Shown here in pieces: positions 18,873-30,528 of a stretch of 64,000 nt of DNA; position 1 is the stretch's first letter; each line of letters starts with the position of its first letter. The stretch lies in assembly GCA_001784155.1 (NCBI GenBank), contig MFPL01000006.1, positions 87,280-151,279 of the forward strand, written 5' to 3'. The position numbers and the translations under genes are program-made. A model generated the notes under the pieces. It was given only the letters and a program-made list of their open reading frames with translations. It was not told the DNA's origin and searched no databases. This DNA is from Candidatus Levybacteria bacterium RIFCSPLOWO2_12_FULL_41_12 (lineage in GTDB: Bacteria; Patescibacteriota; Microgenomatia; Levybacterales; UBA12049).

Positions 18873-19958
18873 TTGAGTATGACTGATAAATTAATAAAAA
18901 ACAAAGATAAACAAGAGGAGCAGGAAAGTCCGGAAGAGGAGGTACTGTTCACCTCTCTTAGGGCGGGGGCATGGGATGAATTTTTCGGTCAAGAAGGAGT
19001 AAAGCAGGCTCTTCATATTGCCATTTCTGCGGCAAAAAAAAGAAAAGAACCCATGGAACACATACTTCTCTATGGTCCTCCGGGTCTTGGTAAAACAACA
19101 GTGTCCCATCTCATAGCGAAGGAAATGGGAGTTTCTATAAAAATTACGTCCGGGCCTGCGATTGAGCGGGCAGGGGATTTGGCGTCAATTCTCACCAATC
19201 TTGAGGCAGGCGACATTCTTTTTATTGACGAGATTCATAGACTAAATAAAGTAGTTGAGGAGACTTTATATCCTGCGATGGAAGACTATGCATTAGACAT
19301 AGTTATAGGTAAAGGGCCTTCTGCTCGAACCTTAAGGCTTGATCTTCCGAGATTTACCCTGATTGGTGCTACAACTCGAATAGGGCTTTTATCCGCTCCC
19401 ATGAGAGACAGATTTGGAGTAGTCCATAGGCTAAGTTTCTATAAACCTGAGGAGTTGGAGCGGATAATTATTAAGGCAGCATCAAAGCTTAAAATCCCAA
19501 TTGATAAAGATTCTATTAAAGAAATATCCATTCGAGCCCGCGGAACACCAAGAATTGCGCTCAAGTTCTTAAAAAGAGTCCGCGACTTCGCACAGGTAAA
19601 AGGAGAGGGCAAAGTGACAAAAGATCTTACGGATAAGGCGCTAGCGCTTCTTGAAGTTGACACGATAGGGCTAGACAGTGGGGACATAAGATTCATCAAA
19701 GCAATTATTGAGAAGCATGGAGGAGGTCCAGTAGGCCTTGAAACCCTGTCCTCAACTATTTCTGAGGACATATCAACAATTGAAGAGGTTATTGAGCCGT
19801 ACCTTCTCCAGGTAGGATTCATAAAAAGAACTTCAAGGGGAAGAATGGCTACAAAACTAGCGTATTCACATTTCGGATTAAAACACCCTGAAGAGCCTGC
19901 CCGCAATGCTTCGCATAGCGATGCAGGCGGGAAAAAATCCCAACAAAAACTACTCTAA
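18873..19958 (+). CDS. ruvB: Holliday junction ATP-dependent helicase RuvB
   Basis: 361 aa. '[12 protein letters not shown]', 'FIDEIHRL' and sensor motifs. Confidence 0.9.
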   Translation: MSMTDKLIKNKDKQEEQESPEEEVLFTSLRAGAWDEFFGQEGVKQALHIAISAAKKRKEPMEHILLYGPPGLGKTTVSHLIAKEMGVSIKITSGPAIERAGDLASILTNLEAGDILFIDEIHRLNKVVEETLYPAMEDYALDIVIGKGPSARTLRLDLPRFTLIGATTRIGLLSAPMRDRFGVVHRLSFYKPEELERIIIKAASKLKIPIDKDSIKEISIRARGTPRIALKFLKRVRDFAQVKGEGKVTKDLTDKALALLEVDTIGLDSGDIRFIKAIIEKHGGGPVGLETLSSTISEDISTIEEVIEPYLLQVGFIKRTSRGRMATKLAYSHFGLKHPEEPARNASHSDAGGKKSQQKLL

Positions 19959-20530
19959 TGGATGATTTAATCAAAAGAGAGAAGGATCTTCATAGTGAAG
20001 GCGAGCAGGTATTAGAAAAACTACAAATATTAAATATCCTCTCTAGGTTTGGGTCTCCCAAAACTGTTGGAAGCTTTGCAACAGGGCTAATGGTTTGGAG
20101 AGACCTTGATATTGTACTTGAAAAAGAAATAGATGAAAAAGGTTATTGGGAGACAGTAAATTTGCTTTTCTACAGCCCAAGACTAAAATATTTAACACTC
20201 ACCGACTTTAGGAATAGTACGAACCCCAACACTCCCAAAGGGCTATATCTGGGGATTAAATATTGGTTTGAAAATAAAGAATGGAAAATAGATGTTTGGT
20301 TTATAGCTCCTAGGGCACCAGGATCAGAAAATTTTAACGAATGGATTAAAGAAAAGCTGGATGAAAAATCTCGAAGAATAATCCTGGGAATAAAAAGCAA
20401 GATATACAACAACCCTGATTACAAAAAGAAAATCTATAGCGTCGACATCTATAAAGCTGTTATAAATGAGGGGATAGTCGATCTAGGAGGCTTTAGAAAA
20501 TATCTAGCAAAGTCAGGCAGAAGTATTTGA
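19958..20530 (+). CDS. hypothetical protein, nucleotidyltransferase-like
   Basis: 190 aa. 'GSFATGLMVWRDLDIVL' resembles a Pol-β-type NTase GS…D.D motif. Weak evidence. Confidence 0.35.
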   Translation: MDDLIKREKDLHSEGEQVLEKLQILNILSRFGSPKTVGSFATGLMVWRDLDIVLEKEIDEKGYWETVNLLFYSPRLKYLTLTDFRNSTNPNTPKGLYLGIKYWFENKEWKIDVWFIAPRAPGSENFNEWIKEKLDEKSRRIILGIKSKIYNNPDYKKKIYSVDIYKAVINEGIVDLGGFRKYLAKSGRSI

Positions 20531-20532
20531 AT

Positions 20533-21201
20533 TTACTTTAATTCCTCGAGGATTACGACTTTGGAATTTTTTACTTCTCTTTTGAATTTATCTTCAGCGT
20601 CTTTGTAACTATCCCCCAGAAGTAATTTGTAATGCATGGGGATCGTTATCTTCGCAGCAATGGTGTTTGCTGCCTCTATTGCCTCCGAGACGTCCATAGT
20701 GAACTTTCCTCCCATGGGGATCAGAGCCACGTCAATGTGGTCGTTTTTTAACTCTGCCATCTCCGGGGGAAAGTCAGTGTCACCTGCATGATAAATTTTC
20801 TTGTCATTCATCTCGAAAATATAACCCACCCAATTGTTTCCCCTGGGATGAAACTGTAAACGGTCAGGATGAGTATTGTATGCTGGAACTGTAGAAAATT
20901 TAAAACCTTTGACCTCATAGCTATTGTTAGGAGAAACTTCTATCTTCCTCTCGTTTGGTAAGTCAATTTTCGCCAGAATATCAGGAGGAGCTATTATTGT
21001 TGTTTGGTCTGCCAAAACTTGCGAAAGATCCTCTGGTGAGAAATGGTCGTAGTGGGCATGGGTTATAAAAATTAAATCAGCCTTTTCCAAGCTTCTTCCT
21101 TTTAAATCAAAAGGATCGACATAATATATTCTATTTCCGTTCTCGTCGATAAAGAAAAAGCTTGCGTGCCCAAGCCACTTTATATTTTCTAAGTCTTCCA
21201 T
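20533..21201 (-). CDS. MBL-fold metallo-hydrolase
   Basis: 222 aa with 'FITHAHYDHF'. Confidence 0.7.
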   Translation of the reverse strand: MEDLENIKWLGHASFFFIDENGNRIYYVDPFDLKGRSLEKADLIFITHAHYDHFSPEDLSQVLADQTTIIAPPDILAKIDLPNERKIEVSPNNSYEVKGFKFSTVPAYNTHPDRLQFHPRGNNWVGYIFEMNDKKIYHAGDTDFPPEMAELKNDHIDVALIPMGGKFTMDVSEAIEAANTIAAKITIPMHYKLLLGDSYKDAEDKFKREVKNSKVVILEELK

Positions 21202-21203
21202 AT

Positions 21204-23564
21204 TTAGAACCCTATCTTAAAAAGATCTTGGAAAAAAGGAGTCACAGTTATTATAACCTGGAGGAAAATCGTAAATAAGACTGAAGCCACGAGCAAGCGG
21301 TTTCCTCTAAAAAGAAGTCTTCCCCTGACTATAAACGCCAGCATCATGTGAGAGAAGATGAGCGTGTTGAATACTACCGTTCTCGCAAATACTTCAGAAT
21401 GACTCTGAAGCGATAAGTAAAAAACAGCTAGGAGAAGTATTGCTAAACCGAATCCGAAGGAAAAAATGAAAGTAAGTCTTTCTTTTGAGAGAATCGGAGC
21501 ATGCGGGTTTCTAGGTGATCTTTTTAGAATATCAGGAGACTTCTTATCGCTCGCTAATGCGAGAGCCGGAAGTCCATCGGTTACCAAATTGATCCACAAA
21601 ATTTGAGTGGGGAGTAGAGGAAGAGGCATGTTTAAAAGAAACGCCAGAACAATTAACGATATCTCAGACAGATTGCTTGTCAAGAGATAAGTTATTGCCT
21701 TTAAAATATTGTCATAGATTTTTCTTCCCTCTTCTACGGCGTGGACAATGGTTGAGTAGTTATCGTCTGAAAGAACTATATCTGCCGCCTCTTTCGCAAC
21801 GTCAGTTCCCGTGTCTCCCATTGCAATTCCTACATCTGCTCGCTTTAGGGCAAGCGTATCGTTAATCCCGTCTCCTGTAACTCCAACAATAAGCCCCTTC
21901 CTTTTTGCTGCCTCAACTATACGAAGCTTGTCCTCGGGCTCTATCCTCGCAAAGACGCTTACTCTTTCTATTTCTTTATCCAGCTCTTCGTCCGTGAGCT
22001 TTTTGAGCCCATCTCCTGTAATAACACCATCTTCTTCAACAAGCCCTATTTCTTTTGCAATGGCAAGCGCTGTTATTTCATTGTCGCCTGTTACCATTAT
22101 TGTTCTTATCCCCGCATTTCTTGCCTCTCTGATTGCGTCCTTTGCCTCTACTCTGGGCGGATCATAAATTCCAATCAGTCCTATGAACTCCAGATCTGAC
22201 TCAAGACTTTTCTTCCAATCTGATGACCCGATTTTTTTTGAGGCAAACCCAATGACTCTTAAGCCTAAACTTGCGTACTCGTCGATCTTTTTTTCTATCT
22301 CCTCTTTGTTAACATTCTCACTTCTCTCAAGAATTTCCTCAGGCGCACCTCGTACTAGAACTTTTAGACTCTCACCCTCTTTTACGACTGTTGTAATTGA
22401 TTTTGTTTCCGTATCAAAGAGATACTCATCAACAATAGAAGCATTTTTTCGTAGATTTTGATAATTCGGTTCGTGCTGAGACGCCCAGTAAAGAAGTGCT
22501 ACGTCTGTTTTGTCTCCTACGATTTCTACTGCTCCCTCGTAAGTCCCAGATACTATAGAAGATGCATTATTTAAAACGCTAGCAAGAATAATATCTGGCA
22601 AGAGGGTCTCTTTAAGAGGCCAGTGTTCTCTAACTTTCATTTGATTCTGGGTCAGAGTGCCTGTTTTATCGGTTATGATAAGTTGCACCGCACCCAAAGT
22701 CTCAACGGATGGCATTTTCCTCACAATTGCTTTTTTCTTTGCCATCCGGCTTACCCCAATTGCCAAAGCGATAGTCACGACTGCAGGAAGCCCTTCGGGA
22801 ATGGCAGCTACTCCTATGCTGACCGCAAGCAGGAGTAAGGGGTAAAGTTCTTTGCCCTGCATTATGCCAAGAGGTACTAATAGTGCAGAAGTTGCTACAA
22901 CGATTATAGTTATATAGCGGCCAAGCTGGGTAAGCTTTTTCTCAAGGGGAGTTTTGTCTGCTTCGATGCTTGAAATTCCTTTCGCAATCTTTCCAAACTT
23001 TGTATTAAGCCCTGTTGCGGATACTTCCATATAGGCTTTGCCTTTGGAGACCATAGTTCCTGAAAAAAGAATGTCTGAGTCTTTTTTAAGAACCGGCATT
23101 GATTCTCCCGTGAGGATAGATTCATCTACCTCAAGCCTATTGCTTTTGATGATTCTTCCGTCTGCCGGAATTCTGTCACCATCTGAAAGTATTACTACAT
23201 CTCCGGGGACAAGAAGAGAAGAGTCTATGGAGGTCTCTTTGCCGTCCCTTACTACCCGAACCTCTGAGGTGGCAAGTTTTTTAAGTTTCTCAATAGCCTT
23301 TTCCGCTCTGTATTCCTGAATAAAGCCGAATATTGCGTTAAGAATAAGGATTGAAAAGATAAGAAAAGCATCAGTATAGTCGCCAATTACTACAGATATT
23401 ACGGCTGCGATTGAAAGAATAAGATTGATGAACGTAGGGAACTGCGAGAAAAATATAGCAACAGCTCTGAATCTTTTAGCCTCCGGAAGAACGTTTTTTC
23501 CGGATTTTTTAAGAAGTTCTATTGCTTCTTGCGATGTGAGTCCTTTCAAGGTAAGGCTTTCCAT
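21204..23564 (-). CDS. P-type cation-transporting ATPase (type II, Ca2+/Mg2+-like)
   Basis: 786 aa. 'DKTGTLT', 'TGDGINDTLALKRADVGIAMG' and 10 TM helices. Confidence 0.85.
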   Translation of the reverse strand: MESLTLKGLTSQEAIELLKKSGKNVLPEAKRFRAVAIFFSQFPTFINLILSIAAVISVVIGDYTDAFLIFSILILNAIFGFIQEYRAEKAIEKLKKLATSEVRVVRDGKETSIDSSLLVPGDVVILSDGDRIPADGRIIKSNRLEVDESILTGESMPVLKKDSDILFSGTMVSKGKAYMEVSATGLNTKFGKIAKGISSIEADKTPLEKKLTQLGRYITIIVVATSALLVPLGIMQGKELYPLLLLAVSIGVAAIPEGLPAVVTIALAIGVSRMAKKKAIVRKMPSVETLGAVQLIITDKTGTLTQNQMKVREHWPLKETLLPDIILASVLNNASSIVSGTYEGAVEIVGDKTDVALLYWASQHEPNYQNLRKNASIVDEYLFDTETKSITTVVKEGESLKVLVRGAPEEILERSENVNKEEIEKKIDEYASLGLRVIGFASKKIGSSDWKKSLESDLEFIGLIGIYDPPRVEAKDAIREARNAGIRTIMVTGDNEITALAIAKEIGLVEEDGVITGDGLKKLTDEELDKEIERVSVFARIEPEDKLRIVEAAKRKGLIVGVTGDGINDTLALKRADVGIAMGDTGTDVAKEAADIVLSDDNYSTIVHAVEEGRKIYDNILKAITYLLTSNLSEISLIVLAFLLNMPLPLLPTQILWINLVTDGLPALALASDKKSPDILKRSPRNPHAPILSKERLTFIFSFGFGLAILLLAVFYLSLQSHSEVFARTVVFNTLIFSHMMLAFIVRGRLLFRGNRLLVASVLFTIFLQVIITVTPFFQDLFKIGF

Positions 23565-24427
23565 TATTTGTCTTTCTGTCTCTCAAAAATAATCTTTGAA
23601 ATCTCGGCAATGGCTCTTTTTGCTTCCCCTTCTTCTTCTCCAATGTCTGAAGTCATTACGCCTAAATAGTAAGCATTTTCTCCGTTCTTTATTATCCCCA
23701 CGTCATGCACCCCTCCTTCTGCGTCTCCGGTCTTATGGTAGACAATCGTTCCCTCTGGAAGGAGAGCGGGGAGCCTGTCTTCAAAGTCTGAGTCTGTGAA
23801 GAAGCTGAGAAGTTCCTGAGTATGGGCTGCGTTGGTTACTTCGCCGTTATATATTTTTCTGAAAAGTAAATACACATCGTAGTTAGAAGTTTTATTATCT
23901 GCCATATTTGTCTGGGTAAGTCCCCACTCATCAATAGTTTTTTGAATTTTATCCATTCCAATCCTTACCCCTAAAACGTGTGCTGCAGTATTATCTGACT
24001 GCTTAAGGCTTAGCTTGGCTAAGTTCCTCAAGCTGTAAGACCCGCCCGGCTTCTCGTACCTGAGACTTCCTGTCCCGTAGTCCTGAATGTCTTTTTCAAG
24101 GATTGTAATTTTGCTGTCTAGATTAATCTCGCCTTTACTGGCTAGGTAATAAAGAACAGCAATTAGTGGAGTCTTATTTACCGAGGCTGAAACTATAATT
24201 TGGCGCTCATCAATTCCAAAAGAAGAATTGTTCTGAAAATTATTATAGTAAACAGAGTAAGACCCTTTTTGTTTTTGAGTATATTCGGTAACGTCGCTTC
24301 GTAAAGACACTGCATTTCTAGCCGCGGTATTGGGAAGCGAAAGCTTGGGCACGAAATCCAGATTTTTCCCCAAAATCATGAAGAATAAGGCAAAGACGAT
24401 GGTACCGATCAGCTTTCTTCTGGTCAT
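23564..24427 (-). CDS. class A beta-lactamase-like serine hydrolase (membrane-anchored)
   Basis: 287 aa. N-terminal TM segment. SxxK 'SVNK', 'SDNTAAHVL' (SDN) and 'HKTGDAEGG' (KTG). Confidence 0.55.
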   Translation of the reverse strand: MTRRKLIGTIVFALFFMILGKNLDFVPKLSLPNTAARNAVSLRSDVTEYTQKQKGSYSVYYNNFQNNSSFGIDERQIIVSASVNKTPLIAVLYYLASKGEINLDSKITILEKDIQDYGTGSLRYEKPGGSYSLRNLAKLSLKQSDNTAAHVLGVRIGMDKIQKTIDEWGLTQTNMADNKTSNYDVYLLFRKIYNGEVTNAAHTQELLSFFTDSDFEDRLPALLPEGTIVYHKTGDAEGGVHDVGIIKNGENAYYLGVMTSDIGEEEGEAKRAIAEISKIIFERQKDK

Positions 24428-25959
24428 TATAGATAGTCCATTTTTGGCCGGTATTGTAGAGCTTCAGCAATGTGTGCTGGCTTTATTTCTTTTGAACCTT
24501 CAAGGTCAGCAATAGTTTGGGATACCTTTATTATTCTGCTATACGACCTTGCAGACAGCTTCATTTTTGTTACTGCGAGCTTAAGCAGGTCTATACACTC
24601 GGTAGAAAGGATACAGTATTTCTTAATTTCCTTGTTGCCCATTTCTGAATTGGTAAGAATTTTTTTGTTCTTCGCGAAGCGCTTTGTTTGAAGATCCCGT
24701 GCTTTCTGTACCCTTCTTCTTACACTTGAGGAATCTTCTTCATTGTCTTTGCCCTCGTCCGCGACCAGCTTTTCCAGTTTTACAGCTGGTACTTCTAAAT
24801 GTATATCGATCCGGTCAAGCATTGGCCCTGAGATTCTTTTCTGGTAACGAAGAATTTCAGAAGTCGTGCATCGGCATTCACTCATCGGATCTCCAAAATG
24901 GCCGCATGGACAGGGATTTTGTGCAGCAACAAGCATAAATTTGGAAGGGAATGTAATTCTTCCGCGCGCCCTGGAAACTGTTACAAACCCGTCTTCCATG
25001 GGTTGGCGAAGGGCCTCCAGAACGTTTCTTTGAAATTCTGGGAATTCGTCTAAAAAAAGTACTCCTCTGTGGGCCAGTGAAATATCCCCAGGTTTTGGAT
25101 ACGCCCCTCCGCCCACGAGTCCAATATAGGACGTAGTGTGATGAGGAGATCGGAAAGGTCTTTTGGTGATTAGCGAATCATTCTCGAGGTAACCTGAGAT
25201 GCTATAAATCTTAGTTATTTCAAGCGCCTCATCGAATGTAGCTTTTGGCAAGATTGACGGAAGAGTCCTAGCCAAAAGCGTTTTTCCTGCTCCGGGAGGG
25301 CCTTTTAGAAGTATATTGTGTGATCCGGCAGCTGCGATTTCAAAAGCTCTTTTGGCCTGCTCCTGTCCTTTGATGTCTTTCATGTCGAATTCAAAAGATT
25401 CGGAATAGATGCTTTTTAAAGACAATGGCTTTTGTTTTTTTATTTCTGCCTTTCCCGACAGATGATTAAATATTTCAAAAAGTGAAGTTACCGGGTAGAC
25501 GTTTATTCCCTTAACAACAGATGCTTCTATTGCATTGGCAACAGGCACGAATATCGAGGTTATCTTTTTGTCTTTAGCCATAATCACAGATGATAGAACT
25601 CCGGTGCTTCGCCTCAACTTCCCATCAAGAGAAAGCTCGCCAATAAACATAGAGCTTACTGTATCTGTTTTTAGCTGCTCGCTAGCAATAAGAATTCCTA
25701 AAGCAATGGGTAAATCATAGCTAGGTCCTTCTTTTGGGAGGTCTGCGGGTGCCAGATTCACGGTTATTCTTTTTGCAGGAAAATCTGCCCCGGTATTCTT
25801 GATGGCGGATCTGACTCTTTCTTTTGACTCTTCAACGGCTTTATCGGGAAGTCCAACTATCGTAAAAGAGGGGAGGCCTTGGGAGGAGATATCTACTTCT
25901 ACTTCGACCGGTAGAGAATTTAGTCCTACTACTGCTGCGGAAATTACCTTTGCAAGCAT
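24427..25959 (-). CDS. comM: YifB/ComM Mg-chelatase-like AAA+ ATPase
   Basis: 510 aa. N-terminal Lon-like domain 'MLAKVISAAVVGLNSLPVEVEVDIS' and an AAA+ core. Confidence 0.85.
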   Translation of the reverse strand: MLAKVISAAVVGLNSLPVEVEVDISSQGLPSFTIVGLPDKAVEESKERVRSAIKNTGADFPAKRITVNLAPADLPKEGPSYDLPIALGILIASEQLKTDTVSSMFIGELSLDGKLRRSTGVLSSVIMAKDKKITSIFVPVANAIEASVVKGINVYPVTSLFEIFNHLSGKAEIKKQKPLSLKSIYSESFEFDMKDIKGQEQAKRAFEIAAAGSHNILLKGPPGAGKTLLARTLPSILPKATFDEALEITKIYSISGYLENDSLITKRPFRSPHHTTSYIGLVGGGAYPKPGDISLAHRGVLFLDEFPEFQRNVLEALRQPMEDGFVTVSRARGRITFPSKFMLVAAQNPCPCGHFGDPMSECRCTTSEILRYQKRISGPMLDRIDIHLEVPAVKLEKLVADEGKDNEEDSSSVRRRVQKARDLQTKRFAKNKKILTNSEMGNKEIKKYCILSTECIDLLKLAVTKMKLSARSYSRIIKVSQTIADLEGSKEIKPAHIAEALQYRPKMDYL

Positions 25960-26008
25960 AAGTACATAATAGCATTTTTGAGGCGAGTTAGGTATAATTT
26001 GGCCCTAA

Positions 26009-27142
26009 ATGAACACGGAACGGAAGGGAGGAGTGAGACAGCCTACAGTTCTCGGGAATAATTCGGGAAATCTTCGGGAAATACAAAATGGGGAAGTAGC
26101 GGTTAGCTACCCCCCCTTAGTGTCTATATTTAAAGGCATAGTTGTGACTTCAGTACAAAGGACAGCAATGGGTATCCTGGATGACCTTGGTTTGGCTACA
26201 GAAGACAAGAGACTCCTATTTTTTTCTTATTTATGGCACGAGAGCGGGTCGCTTGTTCAGGTGCGTAGATTTGGCGGAGCGGATGAGACCGTTGATGGGT
26301 TACTAGGAAGGTTAGATGATCGCTTATCAGAAAAATATGACCAATTTTACGATGGATACTCTAGTGTGCTTGCTCAACAAGCGGAAGGTGAGATGGTAAA
26401 AAGATCAAAAGCAGTTTTGGCAAAGCATAACTATACAGAAGTTATGGAAATGAAAAACAAAAAAACGCCTCATAAGGTTATTGCTGAAGCTTTAGGAATA
26501 CCTCTTACTAAGGTACATGGAATAGCTAAAGATCTCATTACAGCAGGTTTGATAGAGCCTTCTGCAAAAGGTAGGTTTAGAGCGGCAACTTTTGCTGAAT
26601 TCTGCGATAAGGTGCTTAGGTTAAGGCAACAGGGGGTAATAGATTATGAGGAAGTGGCAAGGAGATTGGGTGTCAGCAGGGGAAGCGTAGATAGGGCTAT
26701 AGGAAGACTATCTTCTTCTGGAAGACTGAAGGTTTTTACCAAGAAAGAATTGGGAGCGATTAAGTCTCGGAAGAAAAAGGGTTTCAGGGAAAAGGTAAAA
26801 TCATATCGTAATAACACGGATTTAAGCGTAGAGGAGATAGCGGTGGTAACGGAGAGTACGGTAGACCAGGTTCGGATCCAGATATCAAAGCTAATACGGA
26901 GCGGAGAAATTATTTCGCAAGAGGTCCAAGATAGAAAAAGAAAAAAAGCGGAATTGAGAAAAATATTACAATCAGGCCGGTACCGCACTCTTAAGGGTAG
27001 GATCAACCTTAAAGCGGCAATGAAAGAATTGGGGGCGTCATTTTATAGCACGCGCTCTTTGTATGATGAAATTGCCCAAGAAGAAACAGTTCCTCCCAGA
27101 ATCAGACAAGTTCATAAAAGCTCCTTGGTTAATCCTAAGTAG
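26009..27142 (+). CDS. hypothetical protein with several winged-HTH-like repeats
   Basis: 377 aa. At least three HTH-like segments (…VIAEALGIPLTKVHGIAKDL…, …EEVARRLGVSRGSVDRAI…, …VEEIAVVTESTVDQVRIQI…). Composition is higher in GC than the neighbouring genes. Confidence 0.4.
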   Translation: MNTERKGGVRQPTVLGNNSGNLREIQNGEVAVSYPPLVSIFKGIVVTSVQRTAMGILDDLGLATEDKRLLFFSYLWHESGSLVQVRRFGGADETVDGLLGRLDDRLSEKYDQFYDGYSSVLAQQAEGEMVKRSKAVLAKHNYTEVMEMKNKKTPHKVIAEALGIPLTKVHGIAKDLITAGLIEPSAKGRFRAATFAEFCDKVLRLRQQGVIDYEEVARRLGVSRGSVDRAIGRLSSSGRLKVFTKKELGAIKSRKKKGFREKVKSYRNNTDLSVEEIAVVTESTVDQVRIQISKLIRSGEIISQEVQDRKRKKAELRKILQSGRYRTLKGRINLKAAMKELGASFYSTRSLYDEIAQEETVPPRIRQVHKSSLVNPK

Positions 27143-28433
27143 GTTTCGGGCGTGACCTTTCGGAGTTCATCTTTGACAGACTCTTTTACCGAAAGCTCGT
27201 TAATTAAACCGAGCCAATCTTCTCTTGAAAGTTTTTTACCTTTTACAGACTTCATGATAGATAAATAGGCATCTTTTTTACCTTCTTTGCGAAGAACAGT
27301 TTGCAAAGCTTCAGTCAGAATTGACCAGTCGCTATTTAAATCGTCTTTGATCTTTAATAAGTTAGGAGTGATTTTAGAGAGTCCATCGTGCGTACCGTTA
27401 TAGGAAATAAGTGAATGGGCGAGGATAACTCCCAGATTCCTTATGATTGTGCTTCCCGATAAGTCTCGCTGCAGGCGTGATAACGGAAGCTTTCTTTCCA
27501 AGACCTCAATTAGACCGTTTGCTATTTCCAAATTTCCCTCCGAATTTTCAAAATCAATCGGATTAATTTTTTGAGGCATAGTAGAGGAGCCTACCTGTCC
27601 TGTTCTTGATTCTAAAACAAACCACCCATCGCTAATATATCTCCAAAAGTCTTGATTTAAGTCCAAAAGAATGCCGTTTATTCTCTGGATGGTTTGAAAG
27701 TATTCGATTATATCTTCGGGTGGGTTGACTTGAGTTGTTAGTGGGTTAAATCTAAAATCCAGAGACTCAACAAGTTTTTGACTAAACTTTATCCAGTTGA
27801 TCTTAGGATAGGCAAAGTAAAGAGCATTGTAATTTCCTACTGCGCCGTTTAATTTTCCGGAAAACTCAAAATCTTTTAATTTATTTCTCTCTCTTCTTAG
27901 TCTTGAGGCAAAAACAGCCATCTCTTTTCCTAAAGTGGTAGGAACCGCGGGCTGGCCGTGGGTCCGGGCAAGCATTGGAACGCCTTTGTAACTCTTGGCA
28001 AGCTCCAACAGTTTGTTTGTTAAATCTTCAAGAGGGGGGACTATTGTCTCATCTGACGCACTTCTAAGCATAATTCTGTAGGAAAGATTGTTTATATCCT
28101 CAGAAGTCAGGCCAAAATGGATCATTTCGGAAGACTTACTTGATAAAACACTTCTCAGATAAATCTCAACTGCCTTTACATCGTGGTGTGTTTGATCTTC
28201 TATCTTTTTTATCTTTTCCGCTTCCTTTAAATCGAATTCTTCAAGAACCTTTAGAAGTTTACTTTTTTCGGAGGAGGACAGATCTACTATCCCTAGTTTT
28301 GATAGAGCAAATAGGTATTTAATTTCCACTCCAAGCCGAGCCTTAATTAGCGCATACTCCGACACAAATTCCGAAAGCTCTGTCGTCTTTTCCTTATACC
28401 TTCCATCAATTGGGCTTATCGCCAAAAGCATGC

Positions 28434-28437
<4 letters not shown>
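27112..28437 (-). CDS. purB: adenylosuccinate lyase
   Basis: 441 aa. 'SPIDGRYKEKT' N-terminus and fumarate-lyase signatures. Confidence 0.85.
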
Positions 28438-30459
<2,022 letters not shown>

Positions 30460-30528
30460 TTAGGCCATTGGATTTTAATACATGCGAGGTGTTAAATGCA
30501 ATAAGAAGTGCTAAAATAACTTACGCTT

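Noticed and set aside
21677-23319. Several 60-120 aa ORFs on the plus strand
   Set aside because: All lie antisense inside the P-type ATPase gene, which has unambiguous motifs.
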